The translations under genes were made by a program, and so were the position numbers. From the human T2T-CHM13v2.0 reference genome, Homo sapiens: DNA of 64,000 bases. The stretch lies in assembly GCF_009914755.1 (NCBI RefSeq), contig NC_060938.1. One strand, given 5' to 3'. The notes below the pieces were generated by a model that saw only the letters and a list, made by a program, of their open reading frames with translations, did no database searches and was not told the DNA's origin. This document shows, piece by piece, positions 42,259 to 58,910 of this stretch (the stretch's first letter is position 1; every line of letters begins with the position of its first letter).

Positions 42259-45200
42259 GACTGGATAGTTGACCCAGAAGATGTAATAAAGACTCAAACT
42301 TGGTTAGTGAAATAAAAAGTAAAAAGGAATGAGTTTCTAAGAAAGGTACATTGTTGATATCCTCTTAGGATCTTCTGTAGGTCTTGAGCTTCTTTTGTTT
42401 AGATCTGGAGATTTACTACAGATGCTGTTCTTGAACTAATTTGTGGTCCTGGAAGGGGAATATTCTAATGCCTTGGGAATCTCACAAGATCAGAGCTTCA
42501 GTGTAACTAGTATTTAACCTATCAGAGCTAGGCCAACTGAGAGGAAGGGGTTTTTAAAGCAGATCCCAGCATTATCTTTTTATTTTCTGAGATGTGTCCA
42601 TGGCTAGATGTTGGGGGAGTCTTGCTTCTCTACCCTCCCTCTACTGCCCACAGCCACCGCCACCCCCACCTGCCTGGCTGGAGGTTCTGACATGGCTTCT
42701 AGAGCTGCTGTAACTCTGGGGAACAGAGCCAAACATGCGGAAGTGGTTACGTGTACTAGCTCCCAGGGAAGCCGTGGCTAGCAGGGGGAGTGGGTGGGGT
42801 CCTGCCTGATGGCTTTTCAGAGACGCCAAATCTTTGAAGTTTTGTTTTAGCAGCTGCCAGGTATGCTGTTTCAGCACTTTGCAGACTCTCCCTGTGTTCC
42901 CATATCACATTTTTTCTTTACTGTGTGTGCATAGTATACACAATGGAGCTTGGCTGTTGGGAGGGCAAATATAAAATTGTGGAGTAAGGAACTAAACACA
43001 ACCCTTTTGGCTTTTGGCTTTTGCTTTTTACTATGACTCTGATATGAAATAGCCACTTTAATGCCCTGTTTTCAGCTCTGTCCGTTTCTGATCACTTGCC
43101 AACGGAGGGGTAGAGTCCTCTTCTGTTTTGGGAACATAGTACAGTTTGAAAAACTGGAGGTCCTACATTTCTGTGATAGATTGGGGTGTCACTCTTGAGG
43201 CTAGAACTTCTCCCTTTTTACGAAAGAACAGATGACACACACCCCCACCCCCACAGCAAGTAACCCGGATACTGCTGGTCTCAGAGTAAACTTCTTGCTC
43301 ACCATTGGCTCCTTGGCATTGAGCACAATGTCAACAATAAATATTTGTTAAATGATTGCACTTGCAGCTGCTATGCTGGAGGAGAAGGGCTGGGGAGGTA
43401 GAATACACCTTTAAGGCCCAGCCTCTGTGCTTTCCCTGCCTTCTTAGTAATCCCTTTCTCCTATCCAGTCTACAGTCACCTGAAGCCTTTCCCAATTGCC
43501 CCCAAATTTGCTGCTTCCTCTGAACTCCACTCTCGGAGTTTAGTGTATGTTCTTTTGTGTAGTTAACTGTCTTTTCTTTCTTTCCTGAGATGTAAGCTAC
43601 ATTTTATTTCTGGACCAGGAATGGGAAGACCTAGGTGCCAGCCACAGGTCCACCTGACTTGGGGCAAATCATTTGACAAAACCAAAGCCTAATTTTGCTA
43701 TGTGGAAAGTGATGCCTGGATTGTCATGGGAATTCGATGAGATCCCATATGTGAACGTGCTTTGTAAACTGTAAAGTATTACACATGATTGGGTCTTTTC
43801 AGTACTAATAACACTCATCACTATAAAATAGTAATGTTTGTTTCTGCTGCCGATGTACAAAGACTAATCTCTCCCAGAATTGAGGTAAATCACCAGTTTA
43901 GTCTCACGTTACTCAGTTAGTTTGGCACAGGTTTAAAGCATTAAACGGTCCATTCCAGGCACTGTCTGTCATCGCTTCTCTTTCAGTCTGCAAGCTCCTC
44001 CTTTTGGAGCTGTGGGGTGGTTGTTTTCTTAAGTCTCCCTTCTTCTCCTATCAGGCCCAGGCTGAGCTCTCTCTTTTAACCACCTCTGTTCTTAGGGCAG
44101 CAGGCTTGTCCATCCAGTTCCCAGTTTCAGCGGGAATTGCTGTACTGGTGGGCCAGTCTCCTCAGCGTGGCCACCTGCCTCCCGCAGCTCTGCCCATCAG
44201 GAACACCAGGTGCCTTCATCATTCTCCTCAGCCAAGCCCCATGCCCTTATCAGCACCTCTCAGCCTCACTTCCTGCGTTCCTCTCCCTGTGCTTATTTTT
44301 CTGCCAGGCCATCCCCTAGCCTCCTCCCTCTTTCATATCATTTCATCCTGCATTTTCTTTCGTTCTCTGAGTTCTGACCTTTCATCCAGAAAGGCTGTTT
44401 CATATTTCAAGACTCTGCTGTTCGGTACATCTTCACCCTCCTGTCACCCAGTCCCCAGCATCTGAAGGCAGCTCCTTCTCAGAGAAGAATAGGATAAATA
44501 AGTGCTGCCACATTTTGGGACTATCATATGGCCTGAGAAGCTCCCAATTTTTTTTATTTTAAAATATCGAAGATCTTCCATGTAAGTGTTATGACCTAAT
44601 GTTTGAAAGCATGTAGTTAAGAGGCAGACCAATTTGGATTCCTTCTTTTTTTAGCCACTCACTAGCTATTTTGCCTAGGGCAAGTTCTTTGAACTTAATA
44701 TTCTTATCTCTAAAATAGAGAATAAATGCCTACTTCCTAGGGATGTTCTCAGGAGCAAATGAAAACTAAATGGCATAAGAAAAGCACTTTTACTATATAT
44801 AATGCCTGCCATAGAGTACGTGCCCAGTAAGTGGGAATCCATGTAAACATTTCTATGTCATCTACCCTTACCCATACCCATACATTAGAAATGTTAAAAA
44901 TGGAGACCCAGAGAAATGAAGTAGAGTGTGCAAATTCTCATGCTTACCTAGTGATAAAGTAAGGAGTGGAATCCAGGGCTTCTAGTTCTCTGCCTGATAA
45001 ATTTTCCATTTGATCTCTCTGACTCCTCAAAGGGTTATTTGTTTGAGTTTCCTTTCTTTAGGTGAAGTATGCTATTATCCCAGATAGAGGCATGTTCATT
45101 TATTCATTCATTTTTCATTCAACAGACATTACATGACCAAAATGTTACCAGGCTCTGAGTGTACAAAGACCAGTAATGATGAACTCACTGTCTCAATGGT

Positions 45201-45923
45201 TAGTCCAGTAGGGAAGAAATCATCACTGTGAAGAATAAGTCACAGTACAAAAAACATGCTAGTAAAAGGCATGTGGGGCCTAGAGGAACAAGCTAAATCA
45301 GAGGAAAACCAGGATTGATTTTGCAGAGAGTGAATTATTGGTTTTTTACTAGATGAAAATGGCGGAGATTTGTGCAAAGGCAGGGAGGTATGGAAGAGCA
45401 TACCTGAAGTGCAGTGTTGTGGGAGCATCACATTCAAGTAGGGGAGTATGTGGTTGAGGATAAAGTGGGAAAGTTGAAAAGTTAAAGTGCTTGGTATGCC
45501 ATGTTAAAGGGATTTTATCCCATTGTCAGCCCTTTTAATCAGTGTGAAATGAAGAAATCAAGGGAGTTTTTAAAAAACATTTCTGCATCTTTATACCTAT
45601 GTTTTCATGTTTTCACTGTCTTTCCCCTTCCCTTTCCCATTCTTATTTGGCAAACACTTTTTACCATTGTGGATCTAGCCCAGTTCTACCCCTTACTCTG
45701 TATATTTTTTACTCCCTGCCATCCCAGGCAGTCTAAATACATACCTATGCCCAAAATTCACAGACCGGACTTCTACCTGGGCAGTTCTTTAGCCTACTAC
45801 AAGAAGTCACACACCATCATTTAAAAAGAACTTTTTTATTCTGTAGATGGATTAGGTCAGGACTTTTTCCTTTAGCAAGAACCACAATTCAGCATGCTTA
45901 CCATCATTAGAACTTGCGCTTTG

Positions 45924-46238
<315 letters not shown>

Positions 46239-46749
46239 ATTTGAGCTTTGACTTCCTCTAGTAAGGTACCCTAGCACTCAGCTGGCCAAAAACCTGCTAT
46301 GGCAGCAGTTGTCATTCTTCATGTCTTTGCAACACACTTCCACATACAAGAACTTTGATCAACACAGTTGAAGGGATCAAAAGATGCAAGACAATACTCA
46401 ACCCAGTAAATTTCACCTGGTGGAATCAATATTAAAGTAGAGCATTGTCTCCCAGTGTCCATTAGGTGTCTATAGTTATACTCCTCATTCAGTCATCCTT
46501 CAGGACCATGTGGCTGTTTTGAGTATTGCTATTTATTTATTGCCCTCATTAGACTCTAATATACTCACAGGACAAAGTTTCTTCAGACTGTAGTAAACAC
46601 ACAATCTCTATTTGTCACCAGGTTGATGTTATGCTTCTCTTCTTGTGTATTGCAAATGGACTCTGCTCTATACCATGTGACAGGAGCCAACCAGCTCAAC
46701 ATTTCATCTGACAAAGAGAACCATTATGTTGTATTAAAATATGTAGTTA

Positions 46750-47860
46750 AACCCACAGAAGGGAGAAAATATTTGCAAACTAACCATCTGATAAGAGATT
46801 AATAATCAGAATATGTAAGGAATTCAAACAACTCTGTAGGAAAAAAACTAATAATCCAATTAAAAATAGGCAGAAGACCTGAACAGACATTTGTCAAAAG
46901 AAGGCATATAAATGGCAAACAAGTATATGAAAAATACTCAGCATCATTGATCATCAGAGAAATGCAAATCAAAACTTCAGTGAGATACCATCTCACCCCA
47001 GTTAAAATGGCTTATATCCAAAAGACAAGTAATGATGCTGGCGAGGATGTGGAGCATAGTGAAGGCTCCTACACTGCTAGTTGGAATGTAATTAGTACTA
47101 CCACTATGGAGAACAGTTTGGAGATTCCTCAAAAAACTAAAAATAGAGCTACCATACAACCCAGCAGTCCCACTCCTAGGTATCTGCCCAGAAGAAGGGA
47201 AAGCAGTATATTGAAGAGATATGTGCACTCCTGTGTTTGTTGCTGCACTGTTCACAATAGCTAAGATTTGGAAGCAACCTAAGTATTCATCATCAGATGA
47301 GTAGATGAAGAAAATGTGATACATACACATAGTAGAGTACTGTTCAGTCACAAAAGGAATGAGATCCTGTCATTTGCAACAACATGATGGAACTGGAGGT
47401 CATTATGTTAAGTGAGATAAGCCAGGCACAGAAAGACAAATTTTGCATGTTCTCACTTACTTGTGGGAGCCAAAAATCAAAATAATTGAACTTGTGGAGA
47501 TAGAGAGTAGAATGCTGGTTACCAGAGATTGGGAAGGGTAATGGGGGTTAGGGGTGACAGGGGGAAGTGGGGATGGTTAATGGATACAAAAAAAAAATAG
47601 AATGAGTAAGACCTAGTATTTGCTAGCATACCAAGGTGACTGTAGTCAAAAATAATTTAATTATACATTTTTAAGTAACTAAAAGAGTGTAATTGGACTG
47701 TATGTAACACAAAGGATAAATGCTTGGGGTGATGGATAGATACTGCATTTACCCTGATGTGATTATTACACATTGCATGCCTTTATCAAAATATCTCATA
47801 TAACCCATAAGTATATACACCTGCTATGTATGCAAAAAAATGAAAAATAAAAATAAAATA
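46750..47860 (+). mobile_element. L1MA (L1MA2/3-like) 3' ~1.1 kb
   Basis: ORF2 C-terminal peptide [21 protein letters not shown] (46947), then 3'UTR and A-rich tail. Confidence 0.85.
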
Positions 47861-49213
47861 TATGTAATCAAATATATTATACATACTGATCAAACTTTAC
47901 ACACCTGTGAAGTTTTCTCAACACAGAAAAGTTGAAGCCTCTTTCCCAAGACTTTAATGAAGAGATGTGTTGTAATCCAGTGATAGACCATCATGAAAAT
48001 ATGCCCTAAATTGTGCTGTGTTAGGAGAGCAGGCCACTATGACATGATAATGCTTTAAAGCTGATTTTTTTCTTTTTAAAATTTATCAATGTGATTGCAT
48101 TGGTTACCTATTGCAACAAAACAAATTACTGTAACATTTAGTGGCTTAAAATAATAAACATTTATTATTTCAGCCTCTGTAGGTTTCTGTAAGAATTGAG
48201 GAGCAGCTTAGCTGGGTGTTTCTGGCTCAAATTCTCTTATAACATTGCAGTTAAGGTGTCAGCCAAGAGGGTTGCAGTTATCTGAAGGCTTACCTGGGGC
48301 TAGAGGATCCACTTCCATGATGTTTCACTCTCATATGCGTAATGAGTTCATGCTGGCTGTCGACAGGAGGCCTCAGTTTCTCACTACATGGACTTTTCCA
48401 CATGGACTTCTCCACTGGCTGCTTACATGACCTCATGACATGGCAACTGACTTCCCTCAGAATGAGTAATTCAACAGAGAGTAGGGTAGAAGCCACAATG
48501 TCTTTTATGACCTAGCCTTGGAAATCACATATCATCATTTAAAAAATTATTATTTTAAAAATTGTGGTAAAACACAATATAAAGTTTACCATCTTAACCA
48601 TTTTTAACCATTTGAACTGTACACAGTTCAATAGCATTAAGTACATTCACATTGTGCAATCATCACCACCATCCATCTCCATAATTCTTTTCATCTTGAT
48701 AAACTGAAACTCTATACTCATTAAGCAATAACTCTACATTCTTCCCTCCCCCCAACGCCTGGACACTACTGTGGTATTTTCTATCTATATGATTTTGACT
48801 ACTCTAGGTATCTCTATTAGTAGAATCATAGAGTACTTATCTTTTTGTGACTGGCTTATTTCACTTAGCATAATATCCTCAGGGTTTATCTATGTTATAA
48901 TGTGTCAGAATTTCCTTCCTTTTACAGGCTGAATAATATAAAATATTTCATTAAACATATATATATGTGTATATCTAGATATATGTGTGTGTGTATGGGA
49001 GTGTGTGTGTGTATATATGTATACACACCCATACACACACACTACATTTTGTTTACTCATTCATCTTGATAGACACTTGGTTTACTTCTGCTTTTTGGCT
49101 ATTGTGAATAAACTGCTACAAACATGAGTGTACAAATATCTTTTCACCTCCCTGTTTTCAGTTCCTTTGGTTTATGCCCAGAAGTTAAATTGCTGGATAG
49201 TATGTTAATTGTG

Positions 49214-50396
<1,183 letters not shown>

Positions 50397-50541
50397 TAAT
50401 TCTATTTTTAAGTTTTCGAGGAACCATCATACTGTTTTCCATAGCTGCAGCACCACTTCACATTCCCACCAGCAGTGCACAAGGGTTCCAATTTTGCCAC
50501 ATCCTCAAAACTTATTTTCTGTCTTTTTGATAGTAGCCATC

Positions 50542-50900
50542 TGTATTAGTTTGTTCTCACGCTGCTATGGAGAAGTACCCGAGACTGGGTGATTTATAAA
50601 GAAAAAAGGTTTCATTGACTCACAGTTTCACATGGCTGGGGAGGCTTCAGGAAACTTACAATCATGACAGAAGGCACCTCTTCACAGGGCGGCAGGAGAG
50701 AGAATGAGTGCCAGCAGGGGAAATGCCAGATGCTTACAAAACCATCAGATCTCGTGAGAACTCACTATGATGTGAACAGCACGGGGGAAACCGTGCCCAT
50801 TATTCAATTACCTCCCACCGGTCCCTCTCACAACACATGGGGATTATGGGGATTATAATTCAAGATGAGATTTGGGGAGGGGCACAACCAAATCATATCA
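50542..50900 (-). mobile_element. THE1 (C/D-like) solo LTR
   Basis: tgtattagt...catatca termini; 5-bp TSD ccatc. Confidence 0.85.
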
Positions 50901-51375
50901 CCATCCTAATGGGTGTGATCTCACTGTAGTTTTGATATGCATTTCCCTAATGATTAGGAATGTTGAGCATGTTTTTGATGCTTATTGGCTATTTGTGTAT
51001 CTTCTTTGGAGAAATCTCTGTTTAAGTTTTTTGGCAATTTATTAATCAGGTTGTTTTTGTTATTGTTGAGCTTTAGGAGTTCTCTATATATCCTGGCTAT
51101 TAAACCCTCAACAGATATATGATTTGTCAATATTTTCTCCCATTCCATTGAATACCCTTTTACCCTGTTGACAATGTAACCCTTGATCCACAAAAGTTTT
51201 TAAGTTTGATGAAGTCTAATTTGTCTATTTTGTTGTTGTTGTTGCCTGTGCCTTTGGTGTCACATCCAAGAAATCATTGCCAAATCCAGTGTCATACAGC
51301 TTTTGCCACATGTGTTCTAAGAGTTGTAATAGTTATAGCTTTTATGCTTGTGTCTTTCAGACACAGTCATTTTTT

Positions 51376-51643
51376 ATATATGTATACTTCAAGTTCTGGG
51401 ATACATATGCAGAACGTGCAGGTTTGTTATGTAGGTATACATGTGCCATGGTGGTTTGCTGCACCTATCAACCTGTCATCTAGGTTTTAAGCCTTGCATG
51501 CATTAGGTATTACTCCTAATGCTCTCCCTCCCCTTGCCCCCCACCCCCTGACAGGCCCCGGTGTGTGATGTTCCCCTCCCTGTGTTCTCATTGTTCACCT
51601 CCCACTTAGGAGTGAGAACATGCGGTGTTTGGCTTTCTGTTCC
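51376..51643 (-). mobile_element. Short L1PA 3' end insertion
   Basis: gcagaacgtgcaggtttgtta...gacaggccccggtgtgtgatgttcccc; 19-bp TSD tcagacacagtcatttttt (51357-51375, 51644-51662). Confidence 0.88.
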
Positions 51644-51951
51644 TCAGACACAGTCATTTTTTCAGCATTCTGTTGGTTTATACAGGCCAGCCCTATTCAG
51701 TGTGGGAGGGAACTACGCAAGGATGTTAGGAATACTAGGAGGTATGGGGATCGTTGGGGGCCATCTCAAAGGCTGGTTCCCACAATAATTCAGAACTATA
51801 GTTTTAAAAGTTAAGGCATTCTATAGGGTTTATAATGAAAATGGGAATCCCTTGCCTTTTCTCTTCCCACTGCTACCCAACCTTAATTTCCATGCCCTAG
51901 AAATAATTGCTTTCAACTTTCTTGTAACTGCTTTTTCTGTTATTTACCTTC

Positions 51952-52364
51952 TGTGTTAATTCATTCTTGCATTGCTATAAAGAAATACCTGAGGCTGGGT
52001 AATTTATGAAGAAAAAAGGTTTTATTGGCTCACAGTTCTGTAGGCTATACAGGAAGTGTGGTGCCAGTATTTGCTTCTGGTAGGGGCCTCAGAAGCTTCC
52101 AATCATGGCAGAAGGTGAAGGGGAGCAGGTATGTCACATGGCAAGAGCAGGGGCAAGAAACGGGAGATCCCAGACTCTTAAAACAACCAGATTTCGTGTG
52201 AACGAACTGAGCAAGCGCTCACTCATCACCAAGGGGATGGTGCTAAGCCATGCCTGAGGGATCCACCCCCATCATCCAATCACCTCCCACCAGGCCCCAC
52301 CACCAGCATTGGGAATCACATTTCAACATGAGATTTGGAGGGGACAAACAGCCAAACCGTATCG
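51952..52364 (-). mobile_element. MST (MSTA/MSTB-like) solo LTR
   Basis: gcattgctataaagaaatacctgaggctggg ... catgagatttggagggg; 5-bp TSD ccttc. Confidence 0.85.
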
Positions 52365-54981
52365 CCTTCATAGTTCTAAATCATGTTTATTCTGCCATTT
52401 TTGGATTTTAGGTTTAGATATTATCTATTAACTTTCTGTCAGAAAAAGATTTTGCACTCTTACTCTACACCCTTCACACCCACACAAACACACATACCCA
52501 CAGCATTCTTTCCTTCCTTCCATCCTTGCAGTATACTTAGAATACAGTTTTTGGTTAGATTCGTATTCACTGGTTTCATTACCATGACTGTGACTGGGAA
52601 CTTTTGGGCCTCTTAGAGTCATTATTTCTTCTTTCCTATTTATTCCTTTCTTTGTCATCTGGTCTGACTTTCTGGGTGATTCCCTTGATAATTTTCCATA
52701 TGATCTACTTCCCTAAGTCTGACTTAGTACATGTTGTGAAGTTAAGAAAGGTTCTAATTTTTAAATTTCTTCCAGTTCAGGACAGTTTACATGGGGCTGT
52801 AAATCGGGGGATTGGGAAGGGATCTACATATTTACTTTTTTTTATTTTCTGTAGACTGAAATATCTATGTCCATACTTAAAAAAAATAGTTGTACAAGTG
52901 GTACACACATGTAGCCACATGTTACAGTAGTCTAAAAAATACACATATGGAAAGATTAGGTGGCAAATAAAATCTTCTCAGAGGTAGCTATACTTAAAAG
53001 GTTGGTTTGTATATTTTTTCATGTATTTTTCTGTGATGTTTTTCTATCCTAATATGTCTCCATGTTTTTCAGTCTGTTCATATAAACTGACTTAAATATT
53101 TTTAACCACTATGTCGTTTTTGAAAGTATGAATGTGCCATAATTTGTTTTTCCATCCTTCTATTAAGAAGCACTAAGCCGTATCCTGATGAGGCATCTGT
53201 AGGGAACTCCTTATACGTAGATCTTTGTGCATGTGTGTATTTCTGTAGGATAAACTCCTAGAAGTGGAATTGTTGGATCAAATGTCCACTTTGAATTTTT
53301 ATAGATGCTGTCAAATTGGCATCCAAAAAGCCTATCCCAGTATATCCTCCAATCTGGAGTACAGAAACATGCCCTTTTTCCACACCCTTGCCAGCATTAC
53401 ATACCATTGACCTTTCTGTCTATTCCTCTGGACTGTCGCTCTCCCACTTTTACTGATGATGAAATGAGGAGTGGACCCTATCTTCCGATATATTACTTCA
53501 AGGGTGTTTTGTTTGGGGCAGGAGTACAACTGAGAGGAGGCCGAGAAGCAGGAGGGTAAAGGGTTCTCCGTGGGCTCTTTATTTTCTTAATGTTCCTTAA
53601 GACTAGAAGGAATCCCTGTGAGTCAAGTTCATCTTCCCTCCACGCTGCTTAGGTCTTTTCTCTCCTGGTTTTGTTTTTGATTGATTTTACCCAGGGAGCC
53701 TGATCCTCTCCCCTTCCTAAGTAATGAATAACCAGAAAAAGTTATAGAACCCAGCAAACTGAATGAAAAAAGCTTAAGGAAAATATTAAAAAGGAAGAAA
53801 AGTGTTTGATGTACTTTTAATATAAAATGTGGAAAAAGTAGAAAATGGGTGGGGGTTGGGGAAAGGAGGGAGGAAAGAGATTATTCACGGTAATGGGAAC
53901 CAAATGTTGGCTAGGAAAGCTGCAGTATTCTCACACTCTTCCTGTAAACCCAGCGGCTTTTCAAAGTGATAATAATCAAGGGCTGACAGCACAGGACACG
54001 CCTTAACCCTTCCATACCTGGACACTTCCTTTGAGTCAGCCTCAAAGGTGGTGTCCACTTTGAAGAAATCCTGGTATATTTCAGTGCCCTTTTTGCCTCC
54101 ATAGCAAAAAGAAGAAAGGTGGAGGCAAGTTTTGAACAGCAAAGCACCTGCTTGCTAAAACTCCTTTCAGTATGCCCAAATTTCTTTTCTGTGGACAGAG
54201 AGCAGCCTGCCTGACCAGTCCAGGATATTTTCTCCCCTTGCTGTCCTGAGAGGAACTTGAAAGGAGTTGAGAACCTCCTTGTGACAGATAGGATTCTCTT
54301 TCCATCAGTAATAATCGCGTTTACTTGAAAACCCTCTAGTCTGAAGCCCTCCTAGATGCCAGTGTGGAAGTGCATGCACTTATTTGGAGGCTTAGACCTT
54401 TGTTTCTCTTGGAAGTCCACTCTTCCCACTGTGGAACTGAGATGTAAATATACTGTTCAGAGCTGAAGGGCTCCCTGAGCTTATGACTTCCAGCTGGTCA
54501 AGAACAGTCATATGCCTCTTGGCCTAACCATTCATCCAAGGAGGGAGAAGGAAAGGGGGTTACTAAATGAAGTTCCTGGTTCAGCTGGATCTTCACATCC
54601 ATCTAGATTTAAACTTTGTTGAGACACCTTTAAAAGTTCATCTTACACAAGAAGGAAATGAAATCTTATTTTTTGTTGTCAACTATTTCCCATTTCAGAG
54701 GAGCAGCCACCACATGTAGGGCAATGGTAGCAATAAGGCAGGTAGCACTGCAGAGCAGATGAGTGCTCAGATTCTGCAGTTAGCTATGCCTCGGTTGCCT
54801 CATCTGTAACATGAGGCAAGGTTAAAGTGAGATAAAGCACAGAAACATTTAGCGCAGTGCCTGGCACCTCCTCTTCTTTTTCTCATCATTGTCCTCATGT
54901 GGCATACAACTGAAATGGAAGCATCTCCTTTGTTTGAAATGTTTTTAGAAGTCATCTTTGGGATGATTTTATAGTTTCTCA

Positions 54982-55333
54982 TTTTATATTTATTTTATTT
55001 TATTTTGTTTTGTTTTGTTTTGTTTTGTTTTATTTTATTTTATTTTATTTTATTTTATTTTATTTTGAGATGGAGCCTCGTTCTGTCACCCAGGCTGGAG
55101 TGCAGTGGCATGATCTCGGCTCACTGCAACCACACCTCCCAAGTTCAGGAGATTCTCCTGCCTCAGCCTCCCGAGTAGCTGGGTCTACCACTACTCCCGG
55201 CTAATTTTTGTATTTTTAGTAGAGATGGGGTTTCACCATATTGGCCAGGCCGGTCTCGAACTCCTGACCTCATGATCCGCCCGCCTCAGCCTCCCAAAGT
55301 GCTGGGATTACAGACGTGAGCCGCCTGGCCTGG
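54982..55333 (-). mobile_element. AluS with a (TTTTA)n/(TTTTG)n tail
   Basis: Dimeric Alu; TSD ctcattttatattta. Confidence 0.88.
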
Positions 55334-57663
55334 CTCATTTTATATTTAAATCTGTGATCTAATCTGAGTTAATTTTTGTATGAGGTATGAGATTTTGGTT
55401 GAGGTTCCTTCTTTGCCTATGTATGTTCAATTGCTCCAACTTCATTTGTTAATACACAAATGGTTTAGAAAGGTTATTGTTCCTCCATTGTATTGGTTTT
55501 GCAACTTTGTCAGAAATCAGTTGAGCATATTTGTGTGGATCTTTGGATGACTTTAGTATTTCTAAAACAAAGGTCTGTAGCAATAATTGTTAGAAAATCT
55601 TTAGCAGGGGCTATTTTAAGTTATGATTTTCTGTTTCTCATTATAATTGTGGAGACATCAAGACTTAGGTTCAAAAGCAGCTCTTTCCTTTATTCTGTAT
55701 GTCCTTAGGCCTTAACCTAACCCTCAGTTTTCTCATGTGTAAGATGGGATAATACCTGTCTCAACAGGTTGCTATGAAGGCTAACAAAGATAAGGCATAT
55801 AAAGAGCTCAGTTGGGAGTCTGGCATTTAGAAAGCCCTCACACTAATGATGGTAGTGGTGGTGAGACTTGGCTGTCCTCATTCTTGGTCACTCTAAGCCA
55901 CACTCACTCATGCCCTTTCCATTACCCAAACCTTATTTTTTTTTAGCCTTTTCATTGCAGCTTCATCATAAGTGCATGAATGATTCCAGTTAAAGCTGTT
56001 GTGCAGTGCTTTGCCTAAATGGAAGTTTTGACCAGTAACATTTCTATTTCTGAATATGTGAGAGATCTGCATCTTACCAGCTTTCATTACAGCATCTCTC
56101 CACCCTCCACACTCCTGCCATTTAGCCACATTGGCTTTCCTATTGTTCCCTGTTCTTTTACATAGTATTCCTAATGCCCGGAATGTCCTTTCCAGTTGGC
56201 AAGTTACTGGTCATCTTTTGAGATGCAGATAAAATGTCATTTCTACATGGAAGGCTTCCTTGATTTTTCTCCATAGCCAGTTGGTCCCTTCTCTTGTTTT
56301 CTAAAGCTAGTGTCCTGTTCCCAGCACAGTGGCATACAGAGTTGGAGGAGTAGCAGGAGTTTTTTTTCTTAATTTAAAAAAGTGTACACCTATTTTTAAA
56401 CTACATAAATATATCCATTATGTGTTGACATTAATACTAAATGATAAAGATGAATAGTATGATCACAATGTACTGGTCAAGACTGGAATGAGACATACCG
56501 AAGGACTCCCCGTGGCTGTAGAATGGCCCTAGGGGTGACTTTTTTCCTTCTTCTTTGCACTTTTTAGTACTTACACATTTTGGTAGTCAGCATGTTTTTA
56601 ATTTTTAAATTAATTTTTATATTGTTTGAAATGCCCTACAACTTGATATTAGTTCAGAAGTATTTCTCCCTTATTTTGAAATAAGAATCTGTGCTGTAAG
56701 TTGTGAAAGAGAGGAACAGGAGAAGGAAAAGGGAGCTTAACCACATTTACTGAGCGCCTGGTTTATGCCAGATCCTGTGCTTTGTATGATTTGTGCTGAA
56801 CACAGGGTTGTAATGTGGGTATTGTTATCCTCGTGTGTAAATGATGAAATTGTCTTAGAGGTGATACCATTTGTCCATGGTCACACCTGAGGTAACTGAT
56901 GGCCCAAGAATTTGAGTCCAGGTCTTTCTGATGTGAAAGCTCATGTTCTTTCCTCTACTTTAACTTTCCTAGTTTTAGAGGGAGGAAAATCAGTACCAGT
57001 CTTTACACAATGGCGTCCCAGACCAGCCTAGACCTGTTTTTTTGGTGATAGCGTACAAAGGACAGATGGAAATATTTCTGAAAAGAAACTATCACTGGTG
57101 GATTATAAGAATCTTTCTGTGAACAAAAATGAAAAAAAATTAGGGGCTGGTGCGATAGAGTTCAGCATTACAAATATCTTTACCCTAGTCTATGCATTTG
57201 TATAGTGTTTTACTTTTGTCAAATGCCAATTCCATAGAGAAGCTTTGAGTGTGGGCAGAAAACATCAGTAGCCTGAAGAGGCTAACTATCAATATATGAC
57301 TTGTATAATATTTACAATTTAGACTAAATTTTGTCTTGCTTTGTATGCTGACTCTCCTGAATAGAACTTATTTTTTTAAATAGATATAAACCAGCAGGTC
57401 AGGCAAGTAAGAATGGTTGTTTTAGTTGGTGGGGAATTACATAAGGGAAATCTTGTGACTCTAGGGGATAGAAATTGTGGATTTTTTGGTCCTGATGAAT
57501 TTTTACAATGGCCTAATCACACAGGTGTTGGTCAATCAACACTTCTTGTAAATGTGATCTGTCATTTTAGCTATGGTTTAAAAAGCATATGGTTTAATAG
57601 TTACAGTATTTTAGAAGCGAACCATGATATCATGATAGGATGTAAAGAATTAAAAGAGATACT

Positions 57664-58014
<351 letters not shown>

Positions 58015-58139
58015 TTATGGACTCGAAGTGTGAGGAATTAGTCCATAAGGCAGACATAGAGATGAATCATGCATTTCTTCCTTGGCAAGTGTAATGTCTG
58101 AATTTAGAGCTTTAGAGGCAAAGAATTACATTGGATTAA

Positions 58140-58479
<340 letters not shown>

Positions 58480-58679
58480 TAATACCAAAGCTGATTAGCT
58501 TCTTTATACCAAGAGGGTCCAGTTTGCCATAGAGGAATATGGACTTTCTCTTGGTTTGTGAGAAATTTGGATTATGTCTCACTGAACCTCAAAAACTAGA
58601 TCATAAATAAGAAATAATAGTAACAATAATAATTAAATGCTTTATGTACCTTAACTTATGTACCTTAATTCATTTAATA

Positions 58680-58910
58680 ATTAATGTTTACTATGTATAC
58701 AACTGTTCTGAAAGCTTTATATGTATTAATGATTCAGTGCTCACAGCTGCTCTATCAGGTAAGTACTGTTATCATCCCCATTTTACAGATGAAGAAACTA
58801 AGCACAGAGAAATGAAATCACTTGCCCAAGATAACACAGTTGATGAAAGGCAGTCAGGATCCAAGCCCAAGCAATATGGTGGCAGAATTCGTGCTCTTAA
58901 CCACTCTGCC
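58680..58910 (-). mobile_element. MIR (representative; similar relics near 4690, 15850, 18700, 24200, 26920, 30100, 36130, 44680, 55730, 56850 and 63200)
   Basis: Core atccccattttacagatgaagaaact...cacttgcccaag. Confidence 0.75.

Noticed and set aside
43970-43980. atcgcttctc, matching the first 10 nt of U2
   Set aside because: Too short, with no TSD and no further similarity; plausible by chance.
44004-44465. 153-aa Leu/Ser/Pro-rich ORF
   Set aside because: Non-ATG start, CT-rich composition that lowers stop-codon frequency, and no recognisable domain.
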